A DNA stretch of 64,000 nt from Macrostomum lignano (GCA_002269645.1 NIVC01001620.1:124001-188000), one strand, 5' to 3'; counted from the first letter of the stretch, positions 22,110-35,462 are shown. The notes: a model not told the origin generated them from the sequence alone. Numbers and translations: made by a program.

Positions 22110-22799
22110 CTCCAGCTTGAGTTCGTCCTTCGTGGGATCGTATCGCTGGAAAGCGTCCAAGCCCAGGCCCTCAGGCTGCTTCACTCCAGGCGTGATGCTG
22201 CGCACAAAGTCGGCCGGCGTCATCAGTACCTGAGTAGATCCGTCCGGTTCAACCCGCTGCAGCGTGGCAAAGTAGCGGAAGATTTTATCCGGGGTACTGT
22301 AGGCCCGGATCCGGTCCTCGTAGGCGATGATCTTGCGGTCGCGGAAGCCCACCCGCTGCTTGCCCGGCTTCTCGTCTTCTTCGCCTTCGCCAGCAGCTTC
22401 AGCCACTTCGGCGCCGCTGCCGCCGCCGCTCGGATTTTCCTCCTCCGTCACTTTGAGCATCCTGGCCTCGGCGCGCGGCTGTACAAATGCGCCAGTCCAG
22501 GAGGCCGCGGCAAGGGCGCTCAGAGCGGCGGCCGCCACCGTGGCCGCTCCGGTTGCGAACATTCGGCGATAGTTCCGTTTGGAGTTGAACTCGCTATCGT
22601 AGTCCTCTTCGTCTGGCCGCTGCTGCTTCTGATGCTGTTGATCCTCCTGCTGCTGCTGCTGCTGATTGCCGCGGCCAGCGGCACCCGAGGCGGCGGCGGC
22701 GGCAACGTCGGAGGTGCTGGAAAATTTCGACACGAATAGTCGGGCCGAAGCGCGCGCAACTGGCGACACAATTGAAGAGCGCATCCGGCTGCTTGACAT
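22110..22799 (-). CDS. MICU1: MICU1 exon 1 (mitochondrial calcium uptake protein 1)
   Basis: Arg/Ser-rich presequence-like N-terminus; [50 protein letters not shown]; donor GAG|GTAAAG. The 3 exons give 530 aa. Confidence 0.96.
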
Positions 22800-23049
22800 C
22801 GGGAGTTTTTATTGAAATAAAAGTAACAATGTCTCTTAAATTGTCACTTTACTAGTGATAGTAGCGCAGTTTGAATAGCAAAGATATTGGACCGGCGACG
22901 AGCCCCCCCCCCCATTGGGATAGCGGGGAAAAATACAGTTCATAGAGAAACTGCTGTTCTGATAAGACAGTCTCTATAAGAAAGACAGAGTTGAAATTCC
23001 ATTTTTGGGATTGCTAAAACGATTTAAATAAAAAAATGGGTGCCCCAGC

Positions 23050-23510
23050 AACAGAGGATCTGAGAGGCTGACCCAGTAACTGAGGAGCTGGGAGGCTGGC
23101 CCAGCAACTGACACTCTGGTAGGCTGGGCCAGTAACTGAGGATCTGGGAGGCTGGCCCAGCAACTGACACTCTGGGAGGCTGGCCCAGCAACTGACACTC
23201 TGGGAGGCTGGGCCAGCAACTGAGAAACTGGAGTGCTGGCCCAGCAACTGAGGAGCTGGGAGGCTGGCCCAGCAACTGACACTCTGGGAAGCTGACCAAG
23301 CAACTGACACTCTGGGAGGCTGGGCCAGCAACTGACACTCTGGGAGGCTGGCCCAGCAACTGACACTCTGGGAGGCTGGGCCAGTAACTGAGGATCTGGG
23401 AGGCTGGCCCAGCAACTGACACTCTGGGAGGCTGGCCCAGTAACTGAGGATTTGGGAGGCTGGCCCAGTAACTGAGGATCTGGGAGGCTGGCCCTTCAGC
23501 TGAGGATTTA
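23050..23510. repeat. 28-29-bp minisatellite (CTGGGAGGCTGGCCCAGCAACTGACACT / ..GAGGAT)
   Basis: Direct inspection; lies upstream of the MICU1 ATG. Confidence 0.92.
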
Positions 23511-24103
23511 GGTGGATGAATTAAACAGACGATCTCAGAAGTGGTTGGAAACCTGAGTTTGAAGTAAAACTGGCATCAATGAGAGCCAACCTTATACATT
23601 AGCCACGGTCTCTGGTTGAGCTAAAAGACTTGTCAATGAACTACAAAAGAGAAAAACGCCAACAAGTTAATCCAAAATAAAGCAGTCCAAAGACAGTATA
23701 TTTTTTTCAACTTTTACCAGCACAATAAAAAGCTATGAATAGTAAACCGTTTACCGACAACAAAGAGCAGCAATTCCACTGTAAAAATACGAAAAAATAT
23801 TTAGCAATAAATTCAATGCACCAAGCTGTTTAATATAAATGCCAGTTAGTTCTAATGATTTATTAGCGGAGAATATTGAGCTGAAGCTGAGATTAGACAT
23901 GACACCAATTCCTCTATAAAGTATATAATAGGTTGAAAAAGTGTATAATATCGGTAAGGCTAAAAATGCACAAAGAGCGCGCGCTTCGACGAATGCACAA
24001 AGTTCGTAGTACGATAATTAGTATTTTCCACAAAGACCAAACCTCGGATAGCGTCAGTAGTACAGCGCAAAGTCATTAAAAAACACAGGCTAATCTCATT
24101 CTG

Positions 24104-24560
24104 TCAGCACAGGCGCATCAGAGCGGACATGAGCACACCAGTCTCGGTCCCAGCCGCTGTAGCCGTCATCCTCGAAGAAGTCGCGCTGACGCTCAGCTGA
24201 CGAGCCAGCTCGGCTAGCAGGTGCGGCTGCGGCGCTACCCGCACAGCGTCCGGATGGCAGGTGCAGACAAACGGCCGCCTGACCGGATCGTCCAGAATGA
24301 CGGCAGCCGAGGAAAGTACAGAGGCGGACACCGGGCCCGATAGCGGCCTGTCTAGGCAGCACCAGTTGAGCAGATTGTGCACCGGGATCCGATAGCCGCA
24401 GGGCAGGCGGCAGACTTCTAACAGGCTGACGCAGACTAATTCTAAGCTGTAGTGCCGGCGCAGCTGGCGCAGGGTGGCCAGGCAGCTGGCGGACTGGTCG
24501 AACCGGACCAGCAGGTAGCCCAGCGGCTGGTCAACATCGTCAATGGGCAAGAAGAATGAC
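24104..24560 (-). CDS. Orphan RRM-like gene, exon 3 (last)
   Basis: AAACAG|G TCA (phase 2, matches exon 2); LGYLLVRFD is RNP1-like; TGA at 24104-24106. Confidence 0.65.
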
Positions 24561-24604
24561 CTGTTTTGCGTGCGGAGTGGATTGGCGCTGCGCTTCTGTA
24601 TGTC

Positions 24605-25910
24605 TGGGGATCTGACAGGCTGGGGATCTGATAGACTGGAGATCTGACAGCCTGGGGATCTGATAGCCTGGAGATCTGATAGACTGGAGATCTGACAGCC
24701 TGGGGATCTGATAGCCTGGAGATCTGATAGCCTGGAGATCTGACAGCCGGGGATCTGATAGCCTGGAGATCTGATAGCCTGGGGATCTGATAGACTGGAG
24801 ATCTGACAGCCTGGGGATCTGATAGCCTGGAGATCTGATAGACTGGAGATCTGACAGCCTGGGGATCTGATAGCCTGGAGATCTGATAGCCTGGAGATCT
24901 GACAGCCGGGGATCTGATAGCCTGGAGATCTGATAGCCTGGAGATCTGACAGCCGGGGATCTGATAGCCTGGGGATCTGATAGACTGGGGATCTGACAGA
25001 CTGGGGATCTGATAGACTGGGGATCTGATAGACTGGGGATCTGATAGACTGGAGATCTGATAGCCTGGAGATCTGACAGCCTGGGGATCTGATAGCCTGG
25101 AGATCTGACAGCCTGGGGATCTGATAGCCTGGGGATCTGATAGACTGGGGATCTGACAGCCTGGGGATCTGATAGCCTGGAGATCTGATAGACTGGAGAT
25201 CTGACAGCCTGGGGATCTGATAGCCTGGAGATCTGATAGCCTGGAGATCTGACAGCCTGGGGATCTGATAGACTGGGGATCTGATAGCCTGGGGATCTGA
25301 TAGACTGGGGATCTGACAGACTGGGGATCTGATAGACTGGGGATCTGACAGCCTGGGGATCTGATAGCCTGGGGATCTGATAGACTGGGGATCTGACAGC
25401 CTGGGGATCTGATAGCCTGGAGATCTGATAGACTGGAGATCTGACAGCCTGGGGATCTGATAGCCTGGAGATCTGATAGCCTGGAGATCTGACAGCCTGG
25501 GGATCTGATAGCCTGGGGATCTGATAGACTGGGGATCTGACAGACTGGGGATCTGATAGACTGGGGATCTGATAGACTGGGGATCTGACAGACTGGGGAT
25601 CTGATAGCCTGGGGATCTGACAGACTGGGAATCTGATAGCCTGGGGATCTGATAGACTGGGGATCTGACAGACCCCCAGTCCCCCAGTCTGTCTATCAAA
25701 TCTGACAGACTGGGGATCTGATAGACTGGGGATCTGATAGACTGGGGATCTGACAGGCTGGGGATCTGATAGACTGGGGATCTGATAGCCTGGGGATCTG
25801 ATAGACTGGGGATCTGATAGCCTGGGGATCTGATAGACTGGGGATCTGATAGACTGGGGATCTGACAGCCTGGGGATCTGACAGCCTGGGGATCTGATAG
25901 ACTGGGGATA
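24605..25910. repeat. 16-bp intronic minisatellite (GGGGATCTGATAGCCT and variants), ~80 copies
   Basis: Direct inspection; the same unit reappears at ~26545-26640 in the adjacent intron. Confidence 0.95.
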
Positions 25911-26042
25911 ACAGCCTAACAACCTGGGTGTTGGTGGCCCAGCAACTGTGGATCTGGTAGGGTGGCACAGCTATATTAGGCATCTAAGAAAGTGGGCTTA
26001 TTAATTCGATGCCCTAGAGTCTAAGCGGGTACACGCGCTCAC

Positions 26043-26322
26043 CTGGCGTCTGGCATAAGCTGAGTGAATCTTCTCAGCAAATCTTCAGGCGACTGCAGCA
26101 GCTTGGCTGGCAGGTTGGTGACCAGCAGGTGCTGGCACTGGATGTCCTCGGCAATCTGATAGGGCACCGGGCAGAAGTACATCCGAGTCCAGCGACGCAG
26201 ATAATCGAGCGAGTCGGACGCTTCAACGCGAAGGCTGTCCAGTCGGGCGTCCTCGGGGAAACGCGATTCGAATTGCAGAGAGCGGAGGCGGCGTTCAACT
26301 GTACGAGCTGATAGGCGCTGGC
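26043..26322 (-). CDS. Orphan RRM-like gene, exon 2
   Basis: CCCTAG|GC (phase 1); HLLVTNLP..EDLLRRF is RNP2-like; donor AG|GTGAGC. Confidence 0.68.
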
Positions 26323-26718
26323 CTAGGGTTGAGGACATAGACAGTGACTGGCTCAGCCAAAAAATACTGACTGTAGATAGGCCCTTGCGCATTAGCCTAC
26401 CCCGAGATAGCTAGTCTATAGGCTGATCAATTCAGAAGATTAGGGAACTGGGCACTTTGCAGAGATCTGGGGATCTGAAAAATGTTGAACTTCATGAGAA
26501 TCTTAGATAAGTGTGGGATCTGTGAACTTTGAGGATATCATCGGTTGAGGGTCTGACAGACTGAGGATCTGACGGACTGAGGATTATAGACTGAGGATCT
26601 GACAGACTGGGGATCTGACAGAGGATTTGATAGACTGAGGACCCGAGAATCAAATCACTATGGCTAGTGAGCTGGCCCATAAACTCAGCGGGCTATAATT
26701 AGCATCTAATGATCAAAC

Positions 26719-28351
26719 CAAGCGCACCATTATCGCCCAATCGAGACGACAGCGGCCAGCCAGAAGCAGCCGCCTGCTCGCCGCCGGCAAACATCAGCAC
26801 AGTCTTGGTGTCCGACTCCGGCACTACAACTAGTTCGTCTGCGTCGGCCAGTAAGCGCCGACGGAACACGCCGCGGAAAGCTCTGTGCAAAGCGGCGTCT
26901 CTAACCGACATTGGCAAGCCGGAAACGACTATGTAGCGAAGTTCGCCAGACTCGAATTGTAAATTATCAGAGACAGCGGCAATCACTGGAGTGGACGAAT
27001 CGTTAGCCGGATTTGTGGAGCTGCGATGGCGCTGCCGCCGCCTGCGCGATCGCTTGGCTGCCGGTGGCTGGGCAACGCCTGCGGCAGCCTGGCGGGGCGG
27101 GCTGTTAGACCTGAGCCGCTTCTTCCTACGTCTGCATTTCTGTCCCGATTCAGTCTTCAATTCCAGCTGATTCTCGTGCAACTTGAACACCTGCTGTGCG
27201 CCGAACTCAATTGTTGGGAGTTTTGGGTCATTGTAGAATTGAAATTCTAGAATAGCGAAATTTCCATCATCCTGATAGATCGCTGGCATTTCGGGTTCAT
27301 GCGTCTGGACAGCCTCTAAACCTTTTGTATCATACGCTTGATAATTGCGGAGGTTAACCATATCAGCTTTATCCATGTTTTCGGTTTGCAGATCCTCTGC
27401 TTCATCCACCTGATCGGTCTCCATATTCCCTTCTCCATCCACCTGATCAGTCTCCAGATTCTCTTCATCAAACTGATCGGTCTCCAGATTCTCTTCATCA
27501 AACTGATTGGTCTCCAGATTCTCTTCATCAAACTGATCGGTCTCCAGATTCTCTTCATCAAACTGATTGGTCTCCAGATTCTCTTCATCAAACTGATCGG
27601 TCTCCAGATTCTCTTCATCAAACTGATTGGTCTCCAGATTCTCTTCATCAAACTGATCGGTCTCCAGATTCTCTTCAAACTGATCGGTCTCCAGATTCTC
27701 TTCAAACTGATTGGTCTCCAGATTCTCTTCATCAAACTGATCGGTCTCCAGATTCTCTTCATCAAACTGATCGGTCTCCAGATTCTCTTCAAACTGATTG
27801 GTCTCCAGATTCTCTTCATCAAACTGATCGGTCTCCAGATTCTCTTCATCAAACTGATCGGTCTCCAGATTCTCTTCATCAAACTGATCATCGGTCTCCA
27901 GATTCTCTGTTTCATGCTCTTGAACGGTCTCCAGATTCTCTGCTTCATCCTCCTGATCGGTCTTCAGATTCTCTGCGTCATCCTCTTGAACGGTCTCCAG
28001 ATTCTCTTCATCAAACTGATCGGTCTCCAGATTCTCTGTTTCATGTTCTTGAACGGTCTCCAGATTCTCTGCTTCATCCACCTGATCGGTTTCAAGTTTC
28101 TCTGCTTCATCTACCTGATCGGTCTCCAGGCCGTGCGCTTTATCTTCTTGATTGGTCACTGGGCTTAAATTGGCCGGCTCACGCAACACATTTCGCACCT
28201 GTTCCCGCCTATCAAGCTGCAGCACAGGAGCCAACTGTTTAGTCTGCTGATTATTATTCTCCTCTTTCAGTTCCTGACTTAAATCGCAGGAACTTTCCTG
28301 ACTTTTATTTGGCACGGATTGTAAAATATAATTAATCTGACAGCTGGACAT
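26719..28351 (-). CDS. Orphan gene, exon 1: acidic 10-aa repeat (ENLETDQFDE), basic NLS-like patch, RRM-like start
   Basis: ATG at 28351; RRRKKRLR; YIVVSGLP..LHRAF; donor G|GTTTGA. The three exons sum to 2370 nt (in frame). Confidence 0.65.
27400..28130 (-). repeat. Coding 27-30-nt tandem repeat (ENLETDQFDE), ~20+ copies
   Basis: Direct inspection. Confidence 0.93.
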
Positions 28352-28764
28352 TGTTTGCGTTGATTTAAAACCGGCGAAGCAGCTGAACTGAAAGCGGAAA
28401 TGCGAGTTGGAGCACAGAGTCAACATTCATTGGAGTTGAATACCAAAGCTACTAAATGAAACTATTAATTTGCAGCTAACTAAAATAAAAATACCAACAA
28501 AATCATCAACGCTATTTGAATGAAGCAACCCTGCTAAATGCCTGAATGTTTTATTGATAAAACGACAAATAAATAAATAGACATATGATTAAATATATTA
28601 TTACACATACAGAATGAAATGGCCGGACCCGGCAGCAACCAGCAACAGCAAGAAAATTGGAAGAGACATTCGAGGAAAGCAGCTTGAGGCAAGAAGAAAA
28701 ATACTCATGTAAACATATGATAAGATTTTATATATTAATATGCGGAATGACAAAAATCAAAGGC

Positions 28765-29165
28765 GTCGGCAAAGAGGGTGGGGGTAGGGCGAAGGTGGGG
28801 GGGGGTTAAGGCGAAGAGGGTGGGGGTAGGGCGAAGGTGGGGGGGTTAAGGCGAAGAGGGTGGGGGAAGGGCGAAGAGGGTGGGGAGGGTAGGGCGAAGA
28901 GGGTGGGGGTAGGGCGAAGGTGGGGGGTTAAGGCGAAGAGGGTGGGGGAAGGGCGAAGAGGGTGGGGAGGGTAGGGCGAAGAGGGTGGGGGTAGGGCGAA
29001 GGTGGGGGGTTAAGGCGAAGAGGGTGGGGGTAGGGCGAAGGTGGGGTAAGGCGAAGAGGGTGGGGGAAGGGCGAAGAGGGTGGGGGAAGGGCGAAGAGGG
29101 TGGGGAGGGTAGGGCGAAGAGGGTGGGGGAAGGGTGAAGAGGGTGGGGGAGTGTTAGGGCGAAGG
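28765..29165. repeat. G-rich ~20-bp minisatellite (GGGCGAAGAGGGTGGGGGAA)
   Basis: Direct inspection; multiple G-runs. Confidence 0.9.
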
Positions 29166-29854
29166 CAACGCTTGAAAAATCAACAGAATAGAAAAAGAGA
29201 AGTAACAGATAGCATTCATCATAGTCAGCGGGACAATACAGTGTCAAATGACATTAGAAATGAATTCCAATACACACAGAGAAAGATAGCGGACAGGACA
29301 CCAATAGTCAATAATATACTCTATACTGGATTAAATTATAGAGGGGAAAAGCATCTCCAACAAGCCGATCTAATGAAAGTTTTAGCAAACAAAAAAGCGT
29401 AGATATCAGCCAAACAATAATACATAGTAACCACTTGCACCAGAAAAGCAATAAAATAAAGTACAATTTTTATTATAACGTCAAATATGACTGACAGTAG
29501 TATGGTAAAAAACTGACGGCTCCAATTAGCATAAACAGCCGATGCAAGAAAAGCCATGATTGAAGCATTGAGTAATGGTGCAGCAATTCAATTCCACTAT
29601 AAGGAAGTAAAAAAACACGCAACAATTTTGTTTAAACCGCAAGGGAAAGCCCAGCCAAGCTGGCAGACGAATGACTCACACAAGGAGAAAAATTAACCAA
29701 AAAATAAATAGGAAAAACAAACAACTGAAAAAACAAACAAACACACTAACTGGCGTTTTGTTGTGCCAACTAAACAGACCACCGCCAATTTCGCTTTAAT
29801 TCATATGATTTATAGCGCAAAAAGTAAATTGGAGGATTTAAAGCGCTAAAGGGT

Positions 29855-30310
29855 AAGGAGATAAGGGGCGGCAGCCGAAGGATAGGGGGAGATAAGGGGC
29901 GGCAGCCGAAGGATAGGGGGAGATAAGGGGCGGCAGCCGAAGGATAGGGGGAGATAAGGGGCGGCCAGCCGAAGGATAGGGGGAGATAAGGGGCGGCCAG
30001 CCGAAGGATAGGGGGAGATAAGGGGCGGCCAGCCGAAGGATAGGGGGAGATAAGGGGCGGCCAGCCGAAGGATAGGGGGAGATAAGGGACGGCCAGCCGA
30101 AGGATAGGGGGAGATAAGGGGCGGCCAGCCGAAGGATAGGGGGAGATAAGGGGCGGCCAGCCGAAGGATAGGGGGAGATAAGGGGCGGCCAGCCGAAGGA
30201 TAGGGGGAGATAAGGGGCGGCCAGCCAAAGGATAGGGGGAGATAAGGGGCGGCCAGCCGAAGGATAGGGGGAGATAAGGGGCCCCTTGCTGAAGGATAGG
30301 GGGCGATGGG
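29855..30310. repeat. G-rich 31-32-bp minisatellite (GGCCAGCCGAAGGATAGGGGGAGATAAGGGGC)
   Basis: Direct inspection. Confidence 0.93.
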
Positions 30311-30961
30311 GGCGGCCCGCAAAATACTTCAGATGCTTAATCTCCGCAACTAAAATAGATTTCTAATGCGTGTACAGTCACGGTTAGTTCTCATTGCTCA
30401 AATTTCAGCCTGGCAAAAAGATAATAAACAGGCATAAATAAATTGATATAAAAGTTATAAAGCGGTCAGAATTAAAAATAACTTTGCCACAAAAACAAAC
30501 CATAGCTAGTCCATTCGATGGACGAAAAGCACTTTTAGCAGTTTTAATATATAAATTATTAACCGAATATTTAGTAGGTATCGAACTAATCATACAACTT
30601 TTAATTTACGGTTTTAAACAAAATACAATTTTACACACACTTATATACTGCTTTCTAAAGTAGCATAATAGTAGGATATAAGACATTTTCACTGACAATG
30701 TTTATATTTTAACTACTGCTGATTCACTGAAGCCTCACTGGACCAACGGGCAAAGTTGCGTGTTTCATTGCGCAAAGACAACTTAAGGCACTAATAAAAG
30801 CTACAATGGTTGCTATCCCGACGATGGTAGGGCTATCTCTCTTGCACTATAAACGCTCGGCAGAATTTTCCGTACTAGAAAACAATTAATAAGTTAAAAA
30901 TAGCACTGTAAGAAATAATTTTTCATCTATAAAAAGATACAGAAAACAATCGGTTTGCAGC

Positions 30962-31675
30962 TCAGCTAGCCAAGCCGGCAGCTTTGTACCGATCGTAATC
31001 CACAATTAACTGTCTGATTCGCCGCAGCCGTTTCTCCATTGTCATGAAATGCTCGGCATCCAATCGAAATTCCGGCTGAGACTGGCAGTGCTTGTACAGT
31101 TCGATAATACGCTCGCAGGTGGCCTCATAGCCTGGCGAGCCGCGCGACTGTTTCTCCAATTGCTGCTCCAATTCCATGGCCTTGACAGTGACGGATCGGA
31201 TCCGGTCCCACAGCCGGCGGTATTCCGGATAGTCCCGATCGTATTCGGTCTTGTAGCGGGCCCGATCGGCCGCGCTCACAATGGGCTTCAGGTCGTCCTC
31301 CGGCGCCGCTGCCGCCGACGCGGAGGCCGAAGCCGATGCCGGCGCCGAAGCGGCTGCCAACGCAATTGTCGGCGAAGCTTCAGAAGACGGCGACGAAGAG
31401 TCGGCGGATTGTTGGCTGGACTGCACAGGCGGAGGTGCCGGCTGATGAGGCAGCGGCTGAGAATTCGATGACTGAGTCGGAGCCACTGAGGCAGACGAAG
31501 CGACGGGAGTGGCAGCGTCTTTGTCTTTGGCGTTGGCGGCGGCGGCGGCGGAGGAGCTGCTGACGATGCTGCCGGTGACTGGGGCGGCAGCGGTCTGCCG
31601 CTGTTGCAGAGCCGCTTTGCGATCGCGCAGACGCTCCTTTTCAGTCTGGCTGTACAGCGGCCAGTCTAGGCTCAC
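30962..31675 (-). CDS. ELL: ELL exon 3 (occludin/ELL C-terminal domain)
   Basis: GCCAG|GTG; DWPLYS; RARYKTEYDRDYPEYRRL..GSPGY..KRLRRIRQLIVDYD. Confidence 0.9.
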   Translation of the reverse strand: MSLDWPLYSQTEKERLRDRKAALQQRQTAAAPVTGSIVSSSSAAAAANAKDKDAATPVASSASVAPTQSSNSQPLPHQPAPPPVQSSQQSADSSSPSSEASPTIALAAASAPASASASASAAAAPEDDLKPIVSAADRARYKTEYDRDYPEYRRLWDRIRSVTVKAMELEQQLEKQSRGSPGYEATCERIIELYKHCQSQPEFRLDAEHFMTMEKRLRRIRQLIVDYDRYKAAGLAS

Positions 31676-31849
31676 CTGGCAACGGGATTTGGTAAACTTT
31701 CTCTTGTTGGGTTGAAGGCTGATTATTAATCAATTAATAGAACAAGACAGATTAAAATCCCTATACAAGATCCCGGTATCTGCGAGACTAAACACGCGAA
31801 TGAATAAGATCTTACGTATGCATTGGGATCAATCTGCGTTTATATCTTT

Positions 31850-32750
31850 ACTGGGGTTCTTGTCTAGATCTTCATTTAGATTCTTGTCTAGATCTTCATT
31901 TGGATTCTTGTCTAGATCTTCATTTAGATTCTTGTCTAGATCTTCATTTGGATTCTTGTCTAGATCTTCATTTGGATTCTTGTCTAGATCTTCATTTGGA
32001 TTCTTGTCTAGATCTTCATTTGGATTCTTGTCTAGATCTTCATTTGGATTCTTGTCTAGATCTTCATTTGGATTCTTGTCTAGATCTTTAATGGATTCTT
32101 GTCTAGATCTTCATTTGGATTCTTGTCTAGATCTTCATTTGGATTCTTGTCTAGATCTTCATTTGGATTTTTGTCTAGATCTTCATTTGGATTCTTGTCT
32201 AGATCTTCATTTGGATTCTTGTCTAGATCTTCATTTGAATTCTTGTCTAGATCTTCATTTGGATTCTTGTCTAGATCTTCATTTGGATTCTTGTCTAGAT
32301 CTTCATTTGGATTCTTGTCTAGATCTTCATTTGGATTCTTGTCTAGATCTTCATTTGGATTCTTGTCTAGATCTTCATTTGGATTCTTGTCTAGATCTTC
32401 ATTTGGATTCTTGTCTAGATCTTTAATGGATTTTTATCTAGATATTCGTTTGGGTTCTTGTCTTTATCTTCATTTGGATTCTTGTCTAGATCTTCATTTG
32501 AATTCTTGTCTAGATCTTCATTTGGATTCTTGTCTAGATCTTCATTTGGATTCTTGTCTAGATCTTCATTTGGATTCTTGTCTAGATCTTCATTTGGATT
32601 CTTGTCTAGATCTTCATTTGGATTCTTGTCTAGATCTTCATTTGGATTCTTGTCTAGATCTTCATTTGGATTCTTGTCTAGATCTTTAATGGATTTTTAT
32701 CTAGATATTCGTTTGGGTTCTTGTCTTTATCTTCATTTGGATTCTTGTCT
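31850..32750. repeat. 24-bp intronic minisatellite (TTCTTGTCTAGATCTTCATTTGGA), ~37 copies
   Basis: Fills ELL intron 2. Confidence 0.95.
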
Positions 32751-32861
32751 AGAATATATTTTCAAGTTGGTTAATTTGTAAAACATTCTTCACCGCAAAA
32801 CAGAAAGCATAGCAACTTAGCCAGTCGAATATCAATCACTTATTAGAGATAAAAAACTAAC

Positions 32862-33251
32862 CTGAGCCAGTAGACCGGGCAGCAGGATGTACCTCGATCT
32901 ATTAGGCTCCAGCCTGCCAACTTCATCTAATACGCGAGTAAGGGCCGGCGCCTCAACAGTGAGGTTGTTTTGGCGCAGGCGTATGAGCAGCTCGGCTTGG
33001 TTGTAGGGCCGCACGGCCAGCAGGTGAATCACGTGATCGCGCAGGCTACGCGAACCGGCGGTGGTAGCAGCAGCGTGAGGCGGAGTAGGCCTAGAGCCGT
33101 GACCGCCGCCAAGGGGAGTTGCTGGCCTCTTCGGTGGCGCCGCGCCCGACGAGAGGTGGCCGGAGTTCAGGGATCGCTTCAACAGGCGCTGCTTTGCGCT
33201 GCTGTTGGATTTCAGCTCCTTGGTGCGAACCCGCTTCTCGTTTTGATCGGC
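32862..33251 (-). CDS. ELL: ELL exon 2
   Basis: CCGCAG|GCC; LRDHVIHLLAVRPY..ELLIRL; donor CAG|GTTAGT. Confidence 0.9.
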
Positions 33252-33344
33252 CTGCGGTATTGGAAACCAGATTTGCTTTGTTAAATATGTACTGATGCAA
33301 GATTAAAATTATACTACTTTGTAAGTAGGTTGAACACAGCATTT

Positions 33345-33510
33345 TGTCATGTGAATGGCACCGAAATGAGTGTGAATGGCGCCGAACTGAGTGTGAATGG
33401 CGCCGAAATGAGTGTGAATGGCGCCGAAATGAGTGTGAATGGCACCGAAATGAGTGTGAATGGCACCGAAATGAGTGTGAACGGCGCCGAAACGAGTTTA
33501 AATGGAGCCA
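33345..33510. repeat. 21-bp intronic minisatellite (GTGAATGGCGCCGAAATGAGT)
   Basis: ELL intron 1. Confidence 0.9.
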
Positions 33511-33616
33511 AAATGAGTTCTAATAACAACATCTTGAATGAACTATAATTGAATCCGAAGACCGAAGTTTCAATCAGCGAAAAAGCACCTTAACATAAAG
33601 CAGGCCAAGAACTCAC

Positions 33617-34000
33617 CTGAGTAATCTTCTCTTTAGTATTAGAATAGACATCATCCTTAGCTTGTACAGTGACTTTCTTTAGCACAGCGCCTAGCCTGCC
33701 AATAGTTGGATGCCCACTTTGGTGTGGCTGGGCCCCAGCTGGCTGCACCAGGTCCAGCTGATCTGAGCCCTGGACAGCGTCAGATATAGCCAAGGCAAAG
33801 CTGGACCCGCCAGGCAGTTGCAATTCGTTAGCTGGACCATCGAAGCTTACAAAGCCTGTCTGGCCGCGGCTATGCCTAGCTGCCTCTTCTAAGCCACGCA
33901 GGGCAGCGTCTGTCAGTTTAACAAATAGCAGCTCTTTGCCATTGGCATCGGCACTCTGCACAAATATGGCAGCTGAGTGGCTTTCAAGTCCGGTATCCAT
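33617..34000 (-). CDS. ELL: ELL (RNA polymerase II elongation factor) exon 1
   Basis: LLFVKLTDAAL..LGAVLKKVTVQAKDDVYSNTKEKITQ is the ELL N-terminal domain; donor CAG|GTGAGT. The 3 exons give 495 aa. Confidence 0.88.
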
Positions 34001-35462
34001 TGCGACTACATGAATATTGGTTTATAGATTATTTAGATATTTTATAAGTAAATTTGCCAGTATGGCATTACAACATTTTATTTGGCATTATTTGTGGTTC
34101 TTACCTGTTACTTTATCTTAACACTACTATAGTATCCATTGGAATAACACCATTTAATTTGATTTTTGAGACTAATGCCAATAGGCATTCTGATTTTCAA
34201 TTTGACATCTGAGAGTGTTTGACATCTTAAACCTTAGAAATAAAATAGCCAACTATTTTATTGATAAAAAATGATAAAAAATTGTTTTACCATACAACTT
34301 ATTAATACAAATCTTTGTTTACCAATGTTAAACCTAATTGGGCTATGCACAATCTAATAGGAGACTATTTCAATTAGTTTAAATATAGCAAATGCAAGAA
34401 GCAAAATGTTCACTAACTTGGTTCAACCTGGAGTTTACTAGTTTATTAATTACTAGTGCACATTCAAGTTCAAAATCTTTAGTACTTTCTTAGTTAATTG
34501 AAGCAATGTCTACAAATTGAGGAGTTTAAAATAATGTTTTCCAAATAAAGTAGCAATTATTGCAAATTGAAAACACTTTAGGTAGAAAGTGGAATATTCT
34601 AACTGTGAACCAAAGTACTTATTGAGTAAAATAATATTGCAGAATAAAGATGATAGATTGCTTAGTGCCAGGTAACAAGGGAAAGAACTTCCAAGAAGTA
34701 AAGATGGTATGATCTAGTATTAAGTAGTGATAGACTATATTCCATGAAAAAATCAAAGAACCTCTTGATAATTGGTAATGCCATTTTGAAATTTACAATT
34801 AGTAGTTATGCAATTTCTTGCCACTTAGATACTGAAACTATGAGTGATAGATTCTACCAACAATAGCCTACTCAGTTTAGTAAGTTGTTTAAACTAATAT
34901 AGTAACAATAGAATAAGCTAGAGCTTTGTAACAACTTGGTGGCATTAGTGGAATAGAATAAGGCAAATAGCTAATAGTAAACACCTGCACCTCTTAGTAT
35001 AACTTAGTATTAACAATGGTATTTTTCTAGGAAAGATCAAATAGCTTTAATATAGTTTTGGTAAAATTAGCAAGATAATTCTCAAGAGAATCAATACAAC
35101 AATAGGCCTAGTACATTTAAATAATACTTATATATGCCCTCAACACCTAGCCAACCTAGCTGATTTAGCTAGGTGGCCAAGGTAAGTCACATAAAAAGTT
35201 GACCTAAAATAGATATAATACTAATTAGATAACAAGGCATTTAGGCAAGGCAAGGCCTTAATAAAATTGTCAGTTATTGCTACTATTTATCTACAATTAT
35301 ATTAATTTTTGCTTTAGGTTTTATTTCATATATAAATTGCATTTTGGTTGAAAAAGTGAATTAAATAGGCATTAGTCATAGCCAAATAAAAATTTTGATA
35401 TTGGGCCTATTTGAGAATACCAATTTTATCTATTAAAAGTTTATTAATGTATTTATAAAATA

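Noticed and set aside
21550-26000. Long ORFs through the 37-, 28- and 16-bp arrays (e.g. 24104..25699, 24540..25922, 21624-22109 part)
   Set aside because: Stop-poor minisatellite translations inside introns defined by good splice sites.
29160-29600. Hydrophobic minus-strand ORF fragments
   Set aside because: Multiple stops in all frames and no family recognised; possibly decayed sequence.
31800-32781. (DSCLDLHL)n / (SRSSFGFL)n ORFs
   Set aside because: Translations of the 24-bp intronic array in ELL.
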